Source: Sinorhizobium meliloti (GTDB taxonomy: Bacteria > Pseudomonadota > Alphaproteobacteria > Rhizobiales > Rhizobiaceae). From it: a stretch of 32,000 nt of DNA. Below, one piece after another: positions 29,571 through 32,000 of the stretch. Location: contig NZ_JAGIOS010000001.1 of the NCBI RefSeq assembly GCF_017876815.1, positions 2,790,001 through 2,822,000 of the forward strand, written 5' to 3'. The translations under genes and the position numbers were made by a program. The stretch's first letter is position 1. Each line of letters opens with the position of its first letter. The notes beneath the pieces were generated by a model. It searched no databases and was not told where the DNA came from. It was given only the letters and a program-made list of their open reading frames with translations.

Positions 29571-32000
29571 ATGCGGGAGTGGTGCATGCTGCGCGAGAGC
29601 CGGACAAACACACCACGGCGAGCGGCCGAGCGCGGGAAGCGCCCGGGTGGTTCTTCCGTGCGTGGCGGCGAGCGGCGTATCGTCACGGCGCTTTGCTATG
29701 ATCTGGTCGGGTCGACCGATCTGATGCACGTGATGGATATCGAGGATTACCAGGAGCTGATGTCCGCCTTTCAGCTTGCCTCGAAGCAAGCCATCGCATC
29801 GCATTCCGGTGTGATGCAGCACGAGGCCGGCGACGGCGGTGTTGCGCTCTTCCCGATCGAACTCGAGGCGAAGGACGCCGCCTCGCTCGCAATCCGCGCG
29901 GGGCTCGGGATCGTCGAGGCGTGCAAGCGCGTCGGCCGCGAGGCAGGGCAGGACGATCTGCAGGTCCGCGTGGGCATCGCGACGTCCGTTGCCCTCGTTC
30001 TCGAAGGATCCCGCGAAGGCTGGACTCGCGAACCGGTCACAGGCGCGGCCCTTGCCATGGCTGCCCGGCTGCAGGCCATCACGGCGCCGAACAGCGTTCT
30101 GGTCTCCGAGGAGACACGCCATCTTGCAGGCAGATCCTATGCCTTCGTGTTTCAGGGCAGCAAGGAGCTCAAGGGCTTTGCAGCGCCTGAGAAAGTGTGG
30201 CGGGCGCTCGGCCATAAAGTGGGGGTGGACCGCTTCTATGCCTTCGGACGGATGGGCGGGCCGCTGATCAACCGTGAGAACGAACTGAATACCATCGGGC
30301 AACTCTGGGATGGCGTCCTTGCGGGACAAGGCTCCGTGGTCCTGATCCAAGGGGACGCCGGCATCGGCAAATCGCGTCTTCTCAGGGAAATTCGCAGACG
30401 GACGCGCGCGAAGCGTTCCAAGCTTCTCTTCTTCCAATGCCTGCCCGGCGGTTTCCGCTCGACCCTTCATCCTCTCTTGAACAATCTCCCGGAGGCGGTG
30501 TCGGGGAGCGCAGGGCAGATGGGTCCGACGGCCGCCGCCGTGGCGGCGCTGTTCGAACGCAACGGCATCAGGGACCCGGCGGTCGTCGATGTCTTCTCCT
30601 ACCTGCTTGGGGCGCAGGGTAGCCGTCTGCAGTCGAACGAAGATCCGAAGGCGATCCGCGAGAAGGCTCATCGCGCCCTGCTCCGTGCATTGGAAGCCGT
30701 GTGCCGACGCGGGCCGGCGGTGGTGGCTGTCGAGGACGTCCACTGGATCGATCCGACATCCCGTGACCTGCTTGGCGAAGCTGCGAGGATCATTGCAAAA
30801 TTTCCCGTCTTGCTCGTTACCACGTCGCGCCCTTCCTATGCTTCGGAATGGCTCGACGCCGCCAATCCGACGCGGCTTGCGTTGCGGCCGCTCGATTCGG
30901 ATGAAACCAGGCTGGCGATAAAGGCAAAATGGCCGGAGCACCGCCTGGCGTTGCTTCCCGATCTCTTCGACGCGACCGAACGGATATCCGGCGGCGTTCC
31001 GCTCTTCATCGAGGAGATCTGTCAATGGGTGTCGCAAAATGTCGAGCCCGACACGATGCGCCTGTCGGAGAGCGCCAACCCGTCGCATGTGTCGGCGTTC
31101 GAGTCGATATTGGAATCCCGCCTGCAGCAGTTGGGTACGGCCAGGGAGGTCGCGCGCGCGGCGGCAGTCGCGGGCACGCAGGTGACGCTGCCGCTGCTCC
31201 GGGCTCTTTTGCCGGATTTCGGCAAGAGCGCGCTTGCGAACGCAGCCGATACTCTCTGCGAGACGGGATTCCTGACGCGGATAAGGGTGCCGGGGCGGAC
31301 CGCCTATGGCTTCCGGCATACGCTGATCCAGGAGACGATCTACAACGCCGTGCTGCGCAAGCAGCGGCAGGTGCTGCATCGGCGGCTCTTCACAGCAGTC
31401 AACCAAAATCGTGGCATGGCGGCCTGGATCGATACCGGCGCGCTTGCCGAGCATGCGGAAAGGGCGGGGCTTGTCGAAGAGGCTGTCCCCTTGTTCATCG
31501 CCGCGGGAAAGGAGAGTTCGAGCCGGTCCGCAATGATAGAGGCGAGGCAATTTCTGGAGCATGCCCTGGATCTCTGCGGCCAAATGAGCGAGAGCGACAC
31601 CGCCGAAGCTCTGAAGCTTTTGGCGTTGACGGCCCTCGGTCCGATTTTGATAGGAACGGTCGGCCTGAGTTCCGAACCCGCGCGAAGGCTTTATGAGGAC
31701 GCGGTGGAGATCGCCCGGCGACGACCGATGTCCGAGCAGTCCCAATGGTTTCCGATATATTGGGGTTGGTGGCTCACAGGACAGGACTTCCGTGTCATGC
31801 ACGACCGTGCCCTGGAGGTGCGGTCGATGCTGTCGAAGGCCAACGAGCCGGAAATTCAGCTTCAGGTCAATCATTGCATCTGGGCGATCGATTTCAATCT
31901 CGGCCGTCACCGGGAAACGCAGGATGCGATCAAGGCCGGCCTGGCGCTCTATGACGAGAAGCGCGCCAAAGAGAGCCGAACGGAGTTCGGCGGGCATGAT
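29571..32000 (+). CDS. Class III nucleotidyl cyclase domain - AAA_16 (STAND) ATPase - TPR-like protein, 3'-truncated by the window edge
   Basis: Absent from the ORF track because there is no stop in the window. I hand-translated the frame whose codons start at positions divisible by 3. It gives ...ERRIVTALCYDLVGSTDLMHVMDIEDYQELM...HEAGDGGVALFP...VRVGIATSVALV...GAALAMAARLQAITAPNSVLVSEETRHL..., which is the cyclase homology domain. Next come VVLIQGDAGIGKSRLL (Walker A) and VVAVEDVHWIDPTSRDLL (Walker B), followed by a helical repeat region. The frame stays open from the TGA at 29532-29534 to 32000. The start is ATG 29571 or GTG 29658. Confidence 0.85.
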   Translation, partial: MREWCMLRESRTNTPRRAAERGKRPGGSSVRGGERRIVTALCYDLVGSTDLMHVMDIEDYQELMSAFQLASKQAIASHSGVMQHEAGDGGVALFPIELEAKDAASLAIRAGLGIVEACKRVGREAGQDDLQVRVGIATSVALVLEGSREGWTREPVTGAALAMAARLQAITAPNSVLVSEETRHLAGRSYAFVFQGSKELKGFAAPEKVWRALGHKVGVDRFYAFGRMGGPLINRENELNTIGQLWDGVLAGQGSVVLIQGDAGIGKSRLLREIRRRTRAKRSKLLFFQCLPGGFRSTLHPLLNNLPEAVSGSAGQMGPTAAAVAALFERNGIRDPAVVDVFSYLLGAQGSRLQSNEDPKAIREKAHRALLRALEAVCRRGPAVVAVEDVHWIDPTSRDLLGEAARIIAKFPVLLVTTSRPSYASEWLDAANPTRLALRPLDSDETRLAIKAKWPEHRLALLPDLFDATERISGGVPLFIEEICQWVSQNVEPDTMRLSESANPSHVSAFESILESRLQQLGTAREVARAAAVAGTQVTLPLLRALLPDFGKSALANAADTLCETGFLTRIRVPGRTAYGFRHTLIQETIYNAVLRKQRQVLHRRLFTAVNQNRGMAAWIDTGALAEHAERAGLVEEAVPLFIAAGKESSSRSAMIEARQFLEHALDLCGQMSESDTAEALKLLALTALGPILIGTVGLSSEPARRLYEDAVEIARRRPMSEQSQWFPIYWGWWLTGQDFRVMHDRALEVRSMLSKANEPEIQLQVNHCIWAIDFNLGRHRETQDAIKAGLALYDEKRAKESRTEFGGHD

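Noticed and set aside
29487-31997. 836-aa ORF on the minus strand, the longest ORF in the track.
   Set aside because: It is the antisense shadow of the cyclase-AAA-TPR gene. The plus-strand frame contains clear cyclase, Walker A and Walker B motifs. The minus-strand product is Arg/Ala/Gly/Pro/Leu-rich with no recognisable motif, which is typical of stop-poor antisense frames in high-GC DNA.
23715-32000. Calling the right-hand third a genomic island, prophage remnant or integrative element.
   Set aside because: No integrase, transposase, recombinase, phage structural gene, tRNA attachment site or flanking direct repeats are visible in the window. Only gene content and one low-GC patch suggest an accessory character, so I report it only as an inference.

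Overview
This is a high-GC, alphaproteobacterial chromosome segment. Gene order and REP-like repeats look Rhizobiaceae-like (Sinorhizobium/Ensifer type), but that is my inference. All calls come from reading the supplied translations and the DNA by eye; nothing was searched or computed.

About 1-21.9 kb is mostly housekeeping:
- A DUF2267-like gene sits divergent from three tandem small hydrophilic ORFs, with an EcfG-like promoter.
- thyA, a GST-like gene and folA follow.
- Next come hflK, hflC, a DUF2065 gene, an ACT-domain gene and degP.
- serB and a GNAT gene are divergent from miaA.
- Two NTF2-like genes and an orphan HerA/DUF87-type ATPase follow.
- ilvI-ilvH is preceded by a Val/Ile/Leu-rich leader peptide and a terminator, a classic attenuator.
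- After a REP-like palindromic repeat cluster come an aldo-keto reductase, cspA, a small Lys-rich ORF and a SAM methyltransferase.
- An inverted pair of two-hairpin repeats precedes a LysE-family exporter.
- A cobalt-type nitrile hydratase operon (alpha, beta, accessory) ends this part.

About 22-32 kb looks more accessory:
- An operon encodes a COG4315-like secreted protein, an ECF sigma factor and an anti-sigma factor.
- A low-GC two-gene module (DUF6516-like plus winged-helix protein) has toxin-antitoxin-like organisation.
- An AbrB-duplication membrane protein and an orphan Dda/RecD-like SF1B helicase follow.
- A 33-bp perfect inverted REP pair lies between the helicase and the next gene.
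- A 633-aa patatin-like phospholipase has a large membrane-helix insertion.
- Divergent from it is a class III cyclase-AAA(STAND)-TPR protein that runs off the right edge.

No rRNA, tRNA, CRISPR array, transposase or integrase was seen.

The candidates I rate highest for something undescribed are the divergent patatin / cyclase-STAND pair and the DUF6516-like/wHTH module. The orphan HerA-like ATPase is a weaker third. All three are hypotheses, not demonstrated systems.
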